From positions 19,524 to 83,523 of the forward strand of contig CAVRTJ010000009.1 of the NCBI GenBank assembly GCA_963724125.1: 64,000 nt of DNA, given 5' to 3'. Shown here piece after piece: positions 32,176-43,196 of the stretch (position 1 is its first letter; the number at the start of each line of letters is the position of its first letter). Source of the DNA: an uncultured Acidobacteriota bacterium (lineage in GTDB: Bacteria; Acidobacteriota; UBA4820; DSQY01). Position numbers and translations under genes: made by a program. The notes beneath the pieces are model-generated. The model saw only the letters and a list, made by a program, of their open reading frames with translations. It ran no database searches and was not told where the DNA came from.

Positions 32176-33950
32176 ATGCGAAGGTTCACGATCGTCACCC
32201 TGGGTCTCCTCTTCATCCTGTCTGCAGCTGCCGCGCAAGCGCCCCCGCCGAATCCGGTTCCCATTCCGTTTTCGGACGTCCACAAGGGCATGAAGGGCAC
32301 CGGCTACACGGTCATGTCCGGGCATGCCGTCACGACGTTTACCGCCGAAGTCCTCGGAACAGTCGACCAGGGCGCAACACAGCCCAGAATGATCATCTGC
32401 AGGCTGGAGGGCTCGGCGGTTTCTCGGACCGGCGTCCTCGCCGCCATGAGCGGAAGCCCCGTGTACGCCGGCAATCGCTTTCTGGGCGTGGTGGCCTACT
32501 CCTGGGCTTACTCAAAGGAGGCCCTGTGCGGACTCACCCCCGCGGAGGACCTCCTCTCCGTCCGGTCACGCGCCCTCGGGAGCCGCGGCACGGGTCCGGG
32601 CGTCCGGCCCGCCACGCTGTCCGATTTCATCTCGGGCCTCAAAGCCACGCACACCCTGTCATCGCCCCTTTCGGCCTCGGGTTTCCTTCCCCCGGCCCGG
32701 CCCGGCGCCGCAACCGTATCTACCGCGCCTCGCCGACGCGGGCTTTTCCTGGTCTTCAAGGCGGGCGAACCGCGACGATCCTCCGGCCGATCCGACTTTC
32801 GGAAAGCCCCCAGGGCCTGGGGGTATGATAGGCGTACAGCTCGTTTCGGGAGACGTTCAGTTCACGGCCTTCGGGACGGTTTCGTGGGTCAAGGGTAATA
32901 GTTTCCTGGCCTTCGGACACCCCTTCCTCAACCTCGGATCCGTCGAGATGCCGGTGGTGGCCGCGCGGGTTGTCACGCCCGTGGCTAGCTTCCAGCGGGG
33001 CTTTAAGCTGTGCGCGCCGGAAGGCCCTCTCGGCATGGTGATGGAGGACCGGAGCACGGGCGTTTTCGGCCGGTTCGGCCAACGGGCGGCGACAATGGCC
33101 GTTTCACTGACTTTCAAAGGGCCGGGACTGGCCGACCGGACCTACCACTTCAAAATCGTGCGGCAGAGCCAGATAACACCCTTTCTGCTCAACGGCTCGA
33201 TGGCCGCCCTGTGGAGCGCCCTGGAGGATACCGTCGAGGCCAAGAACGTCCGCCTGACGGACATTCGTCTCGTGCCGGAAAGCGGCCGGGAGATCCACAT
33301 GCAGTGACCAGGCCTTCACGGGTCCGCAAGCCCTGGCCTCTGCATCTGATTTTGTCTCCGACGCCGTAAACCTCCTCCTGAACAACCCGGAGCAGGCCGT
33401 GAATCTTAAGCGCCTGAGCCTGACCGTCGACGTTCAACCGGGGCAGAACGCATACAGCGTGGACACCGCATGGCTGGACCGGTCCGCGATCGCTCCGGGC
33501 CAACCGTTATTTCTACACGTCCGGCTCAAGGATTATCAGGGCGAGGCCCGCGACGTCTCTTTCCGTGTACCGACCGCCGGCCTGCAACCGGGGCGCGTCA
33601 GCCTCATGGTCGGAGGGTCATTCCAGTTGCTGAAGACCCTCGCCGCAGCGAATCCGCAACGCCCCCGCACAGGAGCAGATTATCTCGAGTTCCTTGAATC
33701 GATCCCCTCCAACCGATCTCTCGTCGTTGCGGTACTGGACAAGAGCCAGGGCCTCATTCTGAAAGACCGCCGCGTCAGCGGGCTCCCGCCATCCATCGGA
33801 GCCCTGCTGGGAGCACAACCCATGGGCACGGCTACCGACGCCGGCGAATACAGCCTCGTATGGACCAGTGTGGAAGGCCAGAAGCAGATCGTGGAAGGAT
33901 CCATCGAACTCGATTTCGAGGTTAAGGAGACCGGCGATGAAGCCAGGTAG
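32176..33950 (+). CDS. Secreted SpoIVB-type (S55) serine peptidase (several frameshifts)
   Basis: Signal peptide, GMKGTGYTV, GVLAAMSGSPVY, AFGTVS, LAFGHPFLNLG. Confidence 0.8.
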
Positions 33951-35956
33951 GCGATCACGATTTGTTCCACTCTCGCTGGCGGTCCTGTTGGCGGCCGCCG
34001 CCTGCATCACGACTTCGGCCACCCAGATCCAGACTCTCTTGTCTTCATCCCAGAACCTCTGGTCGGGGTATCCCGACGGCGTGCGCGTAAGCCGAGACGG
34101 CGCTTTCCTGCCGTCGGCGGCCTTCGCCAAAGGCGCCGACCTGGGCGCGCTACCCCTCTGCTCCGTTGCGGCCGACGGCGCCGTCTATGCCGGCACGGCG
34201 CCTTCCGGCGATCTCCTCAAGTTCCAGGGACGGGGCGGTCACCGTCGCCCACCATTTCGCGGAGCCTCTGATCACCGCCCTGGCCGTTCTCAAGAACGGC
34301 GACCTACTCGTCGGCACGTCCACACCCGCAAAAGTTTACCGTTACGTGCCTTCTACCGGACACGTGACGGTGATGGCTTCCCTAAAGGCCGACTACGTCT
34401 GGGCTCTGCTTCCCGAAGCCCGGGGCGTTCTGGCGGCTGCCGGCAATCCCGGCGCCGTGTATAGAATCGGCCCGGAGCGGGGAGGTCCACGAGGTCCTGC
34501 ATACGGACGCCCATCATGTTCGGTGTCTCGTGGATTGGCGGGGGCGCGTGTGGGCCGGCACGAGTTCGCCCGCGTCCCTGTATGCGATCGGCGAGAAAGG
34601 GAACGTGTGCGCGGCGACCCTCAGCGGCGAGGAAATCCCGGCCATCGGCAGCGACGGAAAAGATCTCCTGCTGGCGGTAAACGCGAAGGCCTCTGCGGCA
34701 CCCTCGGACAAGAACGGCAAGGGAGCCGGTAACGACGGCGGCTCGACCCTCTACATCATGAAGCCTGGTATGACGCCGGCATATCTCGAGTCGTTCGACG
34801 CCGCCGCATCGAGCATCCTGAGCACTCCCGACGGCTGCTCGGTGGGCCTGGTCGACGGCCGGCTGGTGGAGGTCCGGGGTTCCGGCCTCTTCCTGGCCGC
34901 ACACTGGGATGGGTCCCCGGTCACTACGATGGCTTCGATTTCGGGCGGGCAAGCCGTGCTCACGGGAGCGCCCGCGGCCATCTACCTGAGCGGAAAGGCG
35001 ACCTCCCACGCCTATGTTTCCCCGGTCCTCGATCTGAAAACCCCCTCAACGCTCGGCCGCACGGAGGTGACCGGCGGGGATCACGCCCGGATCTTTCTGA
35101 GAAGCGGCAACACGCCCAAGCCGGGAGAGTTCTGGAGTCCGTGGAAGCCCGCGGAAGAGGCCCATGATCTTCCGCCCGCGCAGTACGCCCAATGGAAACT
35201 GGTAACAGGCGGCGGCGAACCGGCGAGGCTTGTTTCTTTGACCTATCTGCCGGAAAACAGGCCCCCCATTTTCGCGTCCGCAGAGATCGATTCGCCGGGC
35301 AAGATTTACGCCCGCTCCGTGAGCCAGCTCGGCGACCATCTGGTTCGGGAGATTCATCAGAAGGACTCCCCCTTCCCCACGCTGGCTGAATCGCCCTCAC
35401 AGTCCGCACCACCGCAAACTTACTACCTCGCCGGCTACAGGATGGTCACGTGGAAGGTCACAGATCCGGACGGCGACGACGTGCGCGTGACCGTTCAGTT
35501 CAAACCCGAGAAGGGGGGGGCGTGGTACGATCTCGGGAAGAATGTCACCGATCCTTACTTCGTCTTTGACGCGCAGGGCCTTCCCGACGGGACTTACCGT
35601 ATGCGTCTCGTCGCCTCGGACGCGCCCTCCAACCCCGAGGGCCGAGCTGAGACCGCAACGATGGACCTCCCGGCCTTCGTCATCGACAATACCCCTCCGT
35701 CTCTGGATGTGGCTCCCATCGCCCCGGGGAAGCTGAAAGTGGTCGTGGCGGATAACACCGCCGTCCAATCAGCCAGGGCAAGCGTGGACGGAGGACCCTG
35801 GCAGGTCCTGACCGGCTGCGGACGGAACAGAGGGCGCCGCCAGGCGGACGTACCTTTTCGATTACCCGGTCAGGCGCCCACTGGATAGTGTTCCAGGCGG
35901 TGGACCCCTACAGGAACATTGCGACGCGTGGGTGGCTGACGACCGCGGTCCGATAG
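33937..35956 (+). CDS. Secreted beta-propeller plus Ig/Fn3-like protein (several frameshifts)
   Basis: Repeated VYAGT/LLVGT/VWAGT propeller blades, RSGNT..P...WSPW, DPDGDD, LPDGTYR..LVASDAPSNP, IDNTPP; overlaps the S55 gene stop. Confidence 0.75.
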
Positions 35957-35999
35957 CCGGGCGTGCGCTCGCACCAGCGGCCCCGCTCACCTCGCGGCG

Positions 36000-38654
36000 G
36001 TGCGCCCCTATCTCATGGAAGCTGAGGTGTCACTATATCGCAAGGGCCCCCTTTTCGACGAGACCTACACGGGTGACGCGGCGCAGGGCCGCGAACGGAC
36101 CGCGGCCGGGGCCGTTCCTCCACCGCGGGGAAAATCCTACGCCCCGGACAAGCTCGTGGATGTCCTCCACATCAGGCTTGACCTCTCCTTTGACCTGGAC
36201 GCCAGGGCCGTTTCCGGCCAAGCGACGCACACCATGCGTCCCCTCGCCGACGGCCTCGACAAGGTCGTGATGGACTGCGTCGAACTCACCGTCGATGGCG
36301 TGAGGGACGCCAAGGGCCGGGCGCTGTCGTTCGACCACGACGGCGAGAAGCTCACCATTTTTTTTCGGAGAGACCGAAGTCGCGCGGGGATACCCTTCGA
36401 CATCGCCGTTTCCTATCACGGCAAGCCGCGCCTCGGGCTCTATTTCACCGGGCCCCACAAAGGCCTATCCGGATAAGGCGATCCAGGTCTGGAGCCAGGG
36501 CCAGGACGAGGATAGCCGCTACTGGTTTCCCTGCTTCGACTACCCCAACGAGAAAGCGACCTCCGAGACCCTCGTAACGGTCCCCGAGACGTGGACCGTC
36601 GTGGGCAACGGGCGACTTCTCTAAGGTCGCCCACAGCCGGAAGGACCGAACGAAAACCTGGCACCACAAGGAGTCCACGGCACACGTGAGTTACCTGATC
36701 TCCATCGCCTGCGGGGAGTTCGCCGTGGTCGAGGACACGTGGCGGGACATCCCCGTCCAGTACTTCGTGAAGCCGGGCTTCGAGGCCCACGCCAGGCGAG
36801 CCTTCAGCCAGACGCCCGACATGTTGACCTTCTTTTCGGACTACTTCGGGTACGACTATCCCTACGAGAAATACAGCCAGGTCGTGGTCGAGGACTTCAT
36901 CTTCGGAGGCATGGAGAACATCAGCGCCACGACGCTCATCGACCGCTGCCTCCCCGACGAGCGGGCCGCCCGCGATTACGAGCCGCAGGACCTGGTGAGC
37001 CACGAACTCGCGCACCAGTGGTTCGGCGACCTCCTGACGTGCAAGGACTGGTCCCACGCCTGGCTGAACGAGGGATTCGCGAGCTACAGCGAGGTGCTCT
37101 ACCGCGAACACTGGCGGGGTGAGGAGGACGCCGGATACCACAGGCTCCTCCAGGCCAAGGGCTACTTCGCAAGGGACCGCGTCGAGCGTCGTCCCATCGT
37201 GACGAAGGGCTACACCATCCCCATGGAGCTCTTCGACGCCCACATTTACCAGAAGGGCTCCCTCGTGCTGCACATGCTCCGCAAAACCCTCGGCGAGATG
37301 GCCTTCCGGCGTTGCCTGTCCGAATACCTCCGCCGCTTTGCGGGCCGCACCGTCCAGACCGAAAACCTCATCCGTGTCATCGCGGAGATCACGGGGCGAA
37401 ACCTCGAATGGTTTTTCGATCAGTGGATCTTCGGCGCAGGCTATCCCGAATTGGACGTGACTTTTTCCTGGGACGACGACAAGAAGACCGCCGTCCTGAC
37501 GGTGGACCAGAAGCAGAAGATCGAGGGATCAACCGGGCTGTTCCGGATGCCCGTCGCCGTGCGCTTTCACGGCCGGAAGGGCGTACAGGACAAGACGGTG
37601 CAGGTCGCGGCGGCTCACCAGGTTTTCGCCTTCAGGTTCGACGAGAAGCCGCTGTTCGTGAACATAGACCGGGCTCGAACGTGCTGAAGAAGCTCAAGCT
37701 CACCGTGCCGCCCGAGATGCTCAAGGCCCAGATCAAGAAAGATCCGGACTGGTTCGGCCGGGTCGAAGCCGCGCGGACCCTCTGCCGCAACGGTAACCCG
37801 TCGGCGCTCGCGGCCGTGGCCGAGGCCCTTCGCAAGGACCCTTTCTGGGGCGCGAGGGCGGAGATGGCGGAAGCCCTCGGCGCAAACGGCTCGCTCCGGT
37901 CACGCGACATTCTGATCGTTGCCCTCCGCACCAGGGACGACAAGGTGTGGCGTTCCGTCGTCAGGGCGCTGGCCGGTTTCCAGGACGACGAGACGGCGGA
38001 GGCGCTCATCCCGCTGGCAAAGAAGGACCCGTCCTACTTCGTGGAGGGCGAAGCGAACGCCTCGCTCGGCGCGACGCGCACGGCCCCAGGCCTTTGCCGT
38101 CCTGAGGGAGAGCGCCGGCAGAGAAAGCCACCTCGACGTGGTCAGGGTGGGCGCGCTCTCCGGCATGGCCGGATTGAAGGACGAGCGGGCCTGGCCCGCT
38201 CTGAAGACCTGCGCAGGTCCGGGAGGTCCCCCACAGGGACGCATGGCCGCCCTTCGCGCCATGGCCCGGATGGCGAAGGGACGGGAACCTTACCGGTACG
38301 ACATCCGCGAAATCATCGAAGGCTATCTCCACGATTCAGACTTCTTCGTGAAGTTCGGCGCGATTCTTGCGCTGGAAACGTTGCAGGAGCCGGCGGCGGT
38401 TGAGGCGGTCGAGCGAACGAGATTCCGGGAGGCAGACGGCCGCATCCGCATGAACTGCCGGGACATCGCGAAGAAACTCAGGACCGGCGACGCAAGGCGA
38501 AGAGGCGGCCGAAGCCTTAAAGACCGACGTCGAGAAACTCCGCGAGGAGAGCCGCCTGCTGGCTGATCGCGTGACGAAGATGGAAGCCCGGCTCGGGAAA
38601 TCCCGGAAGAAGGTGAAGGCGGGTCATTCCCCCGCGAAGAAGGGCGTCTCGTAA
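36000..38654 (+). CDS. Cytoplasmic M1 aminopeptidase with C-terminal HEAT repeats and coiled coil (many frameshifts)
   Basis: WFPCFDYP, GGMEN, HELAHQWFG, WLNEGFA, YQKG; HEAT-like repeats; final frame ends ...AKKGVS*. Confidence 0.88.
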
Positions 38655-39373
38655 AAGCGCGTCTTGAGCACGTCCCCGAAGCACCCCGCCCTGTCGGTGC
38701 GGCGGCATAGAAAGAAGAGACTCACCGACATGGCAGGCAACAGACGGCTCAGCGGCCTGGCGACTGCGGCGGGAAAGGGATAGAAGTTCGATCCCCGGAC
38801 CTTTAGAAGCTCGAAGTAGCCGTCGGTCGTGATGAAACGTCTGAACCCGCCCTTGGTGATGCCGCGCACGTGCGGTCCGAGCATCTCGATCGAGGAGGGC
38901 TGCATACCCAGGGCGAGCATGATGCGGTTGTGAAGGGACGCCAGGTTCGGGACGCCGATTATCGCCACGCCGCCTGCCTTCAGAATCCTCGATACTTCCG
39001 AGAATATCCAGAAAACCTCCTTGGTGTGCTCAATCACCTGGTTGGCGAGCACCACATCGAAATACTGGTCCTCGAAAGGGAACCTGTCCTTTTCGATATT
39101 CGATGAGACGACGGTGATCTTCTTCTCGCGCGCGGCCTTCACGTAGGGAGCGTAGCTTTCAAGTCCGTACAGCTCCACCTCCCGCGGGGCAAGCGTCTCC
39201 TGCACGTTCAGGATGTCGGCCGCCGTGCCGAGCCCCACGTCCAGCACGCGGAGCTTTCCATCCGGAGACTGCGCGGCGTATTCTGCGGTCATGGCCGTGA
39301 TGACGTCTCTGCCGTAATTCAAATACTCGGTTCCGGACTTCAGTTTTCGCAGGACATCCGTGAGCATGTGCAC
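38624..39373 (-). CDS. Class I SAM-dependent methyltransferase
   Basis: VLDVGLG, FPFEDQYFDVV..NQVIEH, RILKAGG...GVPN. Confidence 0.88.
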   Translation of the reverse strand: MHMLTDVLRKLKSGTEYLNYGRDVITAMTAEYAAQSPDGKLRVLDVGLGTAADILNVQETLAPREVELYGLESYAPYVKAAREKKITVVSSNIEKDRFPFEDQYFDVVLANQVIEHTKEVFWIFSEVSRILKAGGVAIIGVPNLASLHNRIMLALGMQPSSIEMLGPHVRGITKGGFRRFITTDGYFELLKVRGSNFYPFPAAVARPLSRLLPAMSVSLFFLCRRTDRAGCFGDVLKTRFYETPFFAGE

Positions 39374-39406
39374 TATTCTCCGCTGGTCAGGTAACGGGCT
39401 GTCTCA

Positions 39407-39649
39407 TCACGTTCTGAAAGCCTGGATGATAAAGTAAAGGAGGCAAAAAGAGAGCAGAAGAGTTCCCATGGCCACGATGAGTGCAATCCAGAGCCTTCGC
39501 GACGGGTCCCGCAGCGGCCTTCCCGTCCGGCGCACGCGCATCGCTTCCAAGGCGCAGACCGGGCAGACCTCAGCGAGCGCGGGCATCCTTCCCCCGCAGC
39601 GAGGGCACGTTTTCCAGGCGGTTCCAGAATCCCCGCGGTGCTGAGACAT
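39407..39649 (-). CDS. Small zinc-ribbon protein with a C-terminal TM helix
   Basis: CPRCG-x8-CPVC followed by a hydrophobic helix; RBS present. Confidence 0.6.
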   Translation of the reverse strand: MSQHRGDSGTAWKTCPRCGGRMPALAEVCPVCALEAMRVRRTGRPLRDPSRRLWIALIVAMGTLLLSFCLLYFIIQAFRT

Positions 39650-39707
39650 ACGGCTGGATCCTCTCCCTCATCCTAAGGCGGCAGGTCTTTCCGGCCGCCC
39701 CGCCAGT

Positions 39708-41540
39708 CTAAGCGCTCTCCTCCCGGCCACGCAAGGCGCCGGCTGAGTCAATATTCCCCGTCGTCCGGCCTTCCCTTTCCAGGGACCACTTGCGCACCTT
39801 TCCGGCGGCCTGCCTCCCGACGGCCTTCACCAGTTCTTCCTCGGTGGCATGGATCACCGCGTCCGTCGTCATGAACGCCTTGATCAGCTTCCGCGCCGTC
39901 ACCGGGCCTATGCCGGGGACGTCCATGAGCTGGGACTGGACCCTGCTCTTCGAACGCCTTTTGCGGTGATAGGTCACTGCGAACCTGTGGGCCTCGTCCC
40001 TGATCTGCTGAAGGAGTCGAAGCGATGGAGATTCCCTTGACAGAATCACCGGACGCCCGTCGCCGGGCCTGAAGAGCCACTCCTCGCGCTTGGCGATTCC
40101 GGCCATGGGTGGAACTTCTGGGAGGATGGCGGACAGCGATCTGTGCGCCGCGTTGACCTGGCCCTGTCCACCGTCGATGAGAACCAGGTCAGGAAGTTCG
40201 CCCTCCTCCCGGAAGATCCTGCCGTATCGGCGGCCGACCACCTCCGCCATGGAGGCGAAGTCGTCGATGCCTTCGACGGTCTTGACTTTGAAACGCCGAT
40301 AATCGGACTTGAGCATGCGGCCCGCTTCCCACACAACGCACGAGGCCACGGTCTGTTCGCCGGCCGTGTGGCTGATGTCGAAACACTCGATGCGGCGGGG
40401 CGGCTGGGCGAGATCGAGGGCGTCGACCAGCGGCTTGAGAACGGCTACCGGATCCACCTGCGCCTCGTATTCGAGCCGTGCATTTTCCAGAAGCGTGGCG
40501 ACCAGCGAAGCCTTCTCGCCCCGCACCGGCCTGCGAACCTGAACCGCGCGCCCCTTCCGTTCGGACAGGAACCGCTGAAGCAGCAGCCGGTCTTCGAACT
40601 CCAGCGAGACGGCCACGCCGTCGGGAACAACGGGCGTGTTGCCATAAAGGCGCGTCAGGGCCGAACAGAGCAATTCTCCGGGAGGCAGTTCCGCGTCCGC
40701 AAACCGCCATCTCCTTCGGTCGACGACCTTCCCCTCCACAACCACAAAACCGTGAAGGACGAAATCTCCGCCCCCCCCATAGAGGGCGAAAAAATCCCAG
40801 TGCCCCTGGCCGGGCCTCGCCACGGCCTGCCTCGCGCCGAGAGACCTGGTGGCCTTGAGAAGGTCCCTGTAGTGCGCGGCCAGTTCGTAATCCTGGCGGC
40901 CCGCCGCCGTCTTCATTCGGGTCTCTAGCCGGGACCTCAGTTCATCCGTGTGCCCCTCCAGGAAGAGCCGTGCCTCATCGACGGCGCGCCGGTAGTCTTC
41001 CGGCTTCACCTTGTTCTTGATGCACGGCGCGTAGCACTGGCCCATCTCGTAGTAGAGGCACGGACGGGGCCTGCTCCCGTCGAGCGGGTCTTTGCACGTG
41101 ACGACCCGAAAGCTCTCTTGGAGTATCCGGAGGTTCTTCCGGGCCTGCCAGCCCGGCACGAAGGGCCCGAAGTAGAGCGCGCCGTCCTTCTCGGGCCGGC
41201 GGGTGAACACTGCCTTGGGAAACCGGTCCTTCATGGTGAGCTTGATGTAGGGATAGGTCTTGTCGTCCTTCAGGAGGGTGTTGTACCTCGGTTTGAACTG
41301 CTTGATGAGGTTGTTTTCGAGTAGGAAAGCCTCCCACTCGCTCGACGTGACGATGTATTCGAGGTCAACGGCCGACCGCCTGAGCCTCCGGATCTTGAGC
41401 GGCACGTTCTCCTGAAAATAGCTCGAGACACGGGCACGAAGGTTCTTGGCCTTCCCCACGTAGAGGGGCTTCTTTTTGGCGTCTCTGAAGATGTAGCATC
41501 CCGGCCTGGTCGGCGGCGGACCGGGAGGGCGATCCAGCAT
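39708..41540 (-). CDS. uvrC: Excinuclease ABC subunit C
   Basis: GIY-YIG PGCY..LYVGKAKNLR, PRYN, Cys cluster, IECFDISH, IDGGQGQ, IRDEAHRFA, HhH GIGP. Confidence 0.96.
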   Translation of the reverse strand: MLDRPPGPPPTRPGCYIFRDAKKKPLYVGKAKNLRARVSSYFQENVPLKIRRLRRSAVDLEYIVTSSEWEAFLLENNLIKQFKPRYNTLLKDDKTYPYIKLTMKDRFPKAVFTRRPEKDGALYFGPFVPGWQARKNLRILQESFRVVTCKDPLDGSRPRPCLYYEMGQCYAPCIKNKVKPEDYRRAVDEARLFLEGHTDELRSRLETRMKTAAGRQDYELAAHYRDLLKATRSLGARQAVARPGQGHWDFFALYGGGGDFVLHGFVVVEGKVVDRRRWRFADAELPPGELLCSALTRLYGNTPVVPDGVAVSLEFEDRLLLQRFLSERKGRAVQVRRPVRGEKASLVATLLENARLEYEAQVDPVAVLKPLVDALDLAQPPRRIECFDISHTAGEQTVASCVVWEAGRMLKSDYRRFKVKTVEGIDDFASMAEVVGRRYGRIFREEGELPDLVLIDGGQGQVNAAHRSLSAILPEVPPMAGIAKREEWLFRPGDGRPVILSRESPSLRLLQQIRDEAHRFAVTYHRKRRSKSRVQSQLMDVPGIGPVTARKLIKAFMTTDAVIHATEEELVKAVGRQAAGKVRKWSLEREGRTTGNIDSAGALRGREESA

Positions 41541-41626
41541 CGAGGCCTCCTTGCTCGGCGACGCATGCCCGCGGAGCCGATGTCCTGCTATATAAGATAG
41601 GACCTCGAAAAGCAAGGCCCCTCAAT

Positions 41627-41658
41627 AAAAACGACCCGCTGAACAAGCGGGTCATTTT
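41627..41658 (-). terminator. Terminator downstream of the histone-like gene
   Basis: GACCCGCT / AGCGGGTC stem flanked by A and T runs. Confidence 0.75.
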
Positions 41659-41830
41659 AAGCGGTGAACCGATTTGATCGGGTGGAACCATGGCGGCAGA
41701 CCCATTACGACATCCATTTCCGGACGCCTCGATCTTGAATCTGCTCTACGCGCCTGCGTTGCCTGGCTCTCTGCCGGGGGCGCGCGTACCCTTCGGTCCT
41801 GCTGCCCGCCTTCCAAACGGGCAAGACTCG

Positions 41831-42232
41831 TTACTTCGCCTTCTTTGGGGCCTTGGCTTTTTTGGCCGCAGGCTTCTTGGCGGCCGTCTTTTTCGCTGCC
41901 GCTTTCTTGGCGACGGTTTTCTTGGCAGCGGTCTTGACGGTTTTCTTGGCGGCGGGCTTTTTCACCGCAGGCTTCTTGGCGGCGGCCTTCTTCACGGTCT
42001 TCTTGGCCGCCGGTTTCTTGGCGGCGGTTTTCTTGGCCGCAGTTTTCACGGCCGTCTTCTTGGCGACTTTTTTCTTGGCGGCGGGCTTCCTGGCGGCAGT
42101 CTTCTTCGCCGCGGCCTTCACCGCTGGCTTCTTGGCGGTCGTCTTCTTCACGGCTTTTTTTGCCGCGGGTTTCTTGGCCGCCTTCTTCGTGACTTTCTTG
42201 GTAACTTTCTTGGTCGCGCTTTTCACCGGCAT
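41831..42232 (-). CDS. Histone H1-like Lys/Ala-rich DNA-binding protein (Hc2/HctB-like), 133 aa
   Basis: Almost entirely KKPAA/KKTAA/KKTV repeats; AAGGAGG RBS. Confidence 0.85.
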   Translation of the reverse strand: MPVKSATKKVTKKVTKKAAKKPAAKKAVKKTTAKKPAVKAAAKKTAARKPAAKKKVAKKTAVKTAAKKTAAKKPAAKKTVKKAAAKKPAVKKPAAKKTVKTAAKKTVAKKAAAKKTAAKKPAAKKAKAPKKAK

Positions 42233-42281
42233 GCTACCCTCCTTTCGCAAACAGCAACATCTTCGGTCACCGCACTCCAGG

Positions 42282-42373
42282 TGCACAATACTCGGTGTTG
42301 TGCATAATATAAAGATAATGTAATGAATAGTCAAGAGATAGTGCTTAATGGTTCAACACAACAAGAAGTTGTG
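42282..42373 (-). promoter_or_regulatory. sigma70 promoter of the histone-like gene flanked by CACAA/TTGTG palindromes
   Basis: Minus-strand TTGACT (42329-42334), 17 nt, TATATT (42306-42311); palindromes at 42282-42304 and 42357-42373. Confidence 0.6.
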
Positions 42374-42565
42374 CTCCCATCGGGTCGCCCCGCATGTCTG
42401 GGATGCAGCGGCAACGGTGTATCCGGGATGATCGAACCTCTCACCCCCACACAGCGCGTCCGGCGTACCACGACCGGAGGCCGCGATGCAATCGGCCGGT
42501 GAGCATTTTACAACGTCCTGAATGAGTAGGTGTGGGATGCACTACATGTGGTGGCGGCTCGTCTT

Positions 42566-43195
42566 TCAGAACCTGTTCTCCGTGCCTCGCATGAGCCGCG
42601 CGAGATTGGACCTGTGGGTCACTACGATGAAGAGTGAGAGTCCGCATACCACGAAAAAGGTGGAAGGGTTCTTCACGACCCATTGCGACCCGAGAATCCC
42701 CCACAGAACGAAAGGGAAAGTCGCGGCGCTCACCATGGACGCGAGGGACACAACTCTCGTGGCTGTGACCGTCAGGGCGAATACCGGTATGCAGAGCAGG
42801 CAGGCGACGGGGAAGAGCGCCAGCATGACACCCGCAGTGGTGCCCACGCCCTTACCGCCGCGGAACCCGGCCCACAATGGAAAGACGTGCCCGATAACCG
42901 CCCCTGCACCGACCAGCACGGCCGTCAACTGCCTGTCGGGTGGAAGAGCGCCGAGCGCCAGTTTCGAGACGACGAGCGCCGGCAGGAAGCCTTTCAGAAC
43001 ATCGACGCCCGCCACGACAAGGGCGGGTTTCCAGCCCGTCACGCGGAGAACGTTTGTCGCGCCCGCGTTACCGCTGCCATGTCTTCGGATGTCGATCCCA
43101 CGGACCTTGCGCGCGACTATGATGCTTGTCGGAAAAGAACCTAGGAGATAGGCAGACAGGACCAATATCGCGCACCACAGCACGTGGCCGGGCAC
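42566..43195 (-). CDS. plsY: Glycerol-3-phosphate 1-O-acyltransferase
   Basis: YLLGSFP, GSGNAGATN, DVLKG, GHVFP, FRGGKGV, HRSNLARL. Confidence 0.95.
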   Translation of the reverse strand: MPGHVLWCAILVLSAYLLGSFPTSIIVARKVRGIDIRRHGSGNAGATNVLRVTGWKPALVVAGVDVLKGFLPALVVSKLALGALPPDRQLTAVLVGAGAVIGHVFPLWAGFRGGKGVGTTAGVMLALFPVACLLCIPVFALTVTATRVVSLASMVSAATFPFVLWGILGSQWVVKNPSTFFVVCGLSLFIVVTHRSNLARLMRGTENRF

Positions 43196-43196
43196 T

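Noticed and set aside
41853-42323. Hydrophobic FLAA-repeat membrane protein on the plus strand
   Set aside because: Antisense shadow of the Lys/Ala-rich histone-like gene, which has the RBS, promoter and terminator.
42539-42554. NrdR-box-like sequence GCACTACATGTGGTGG
   Set aside because: Single copy at the 3' end of plsY with no ribonucleotide reductase gene nearby.
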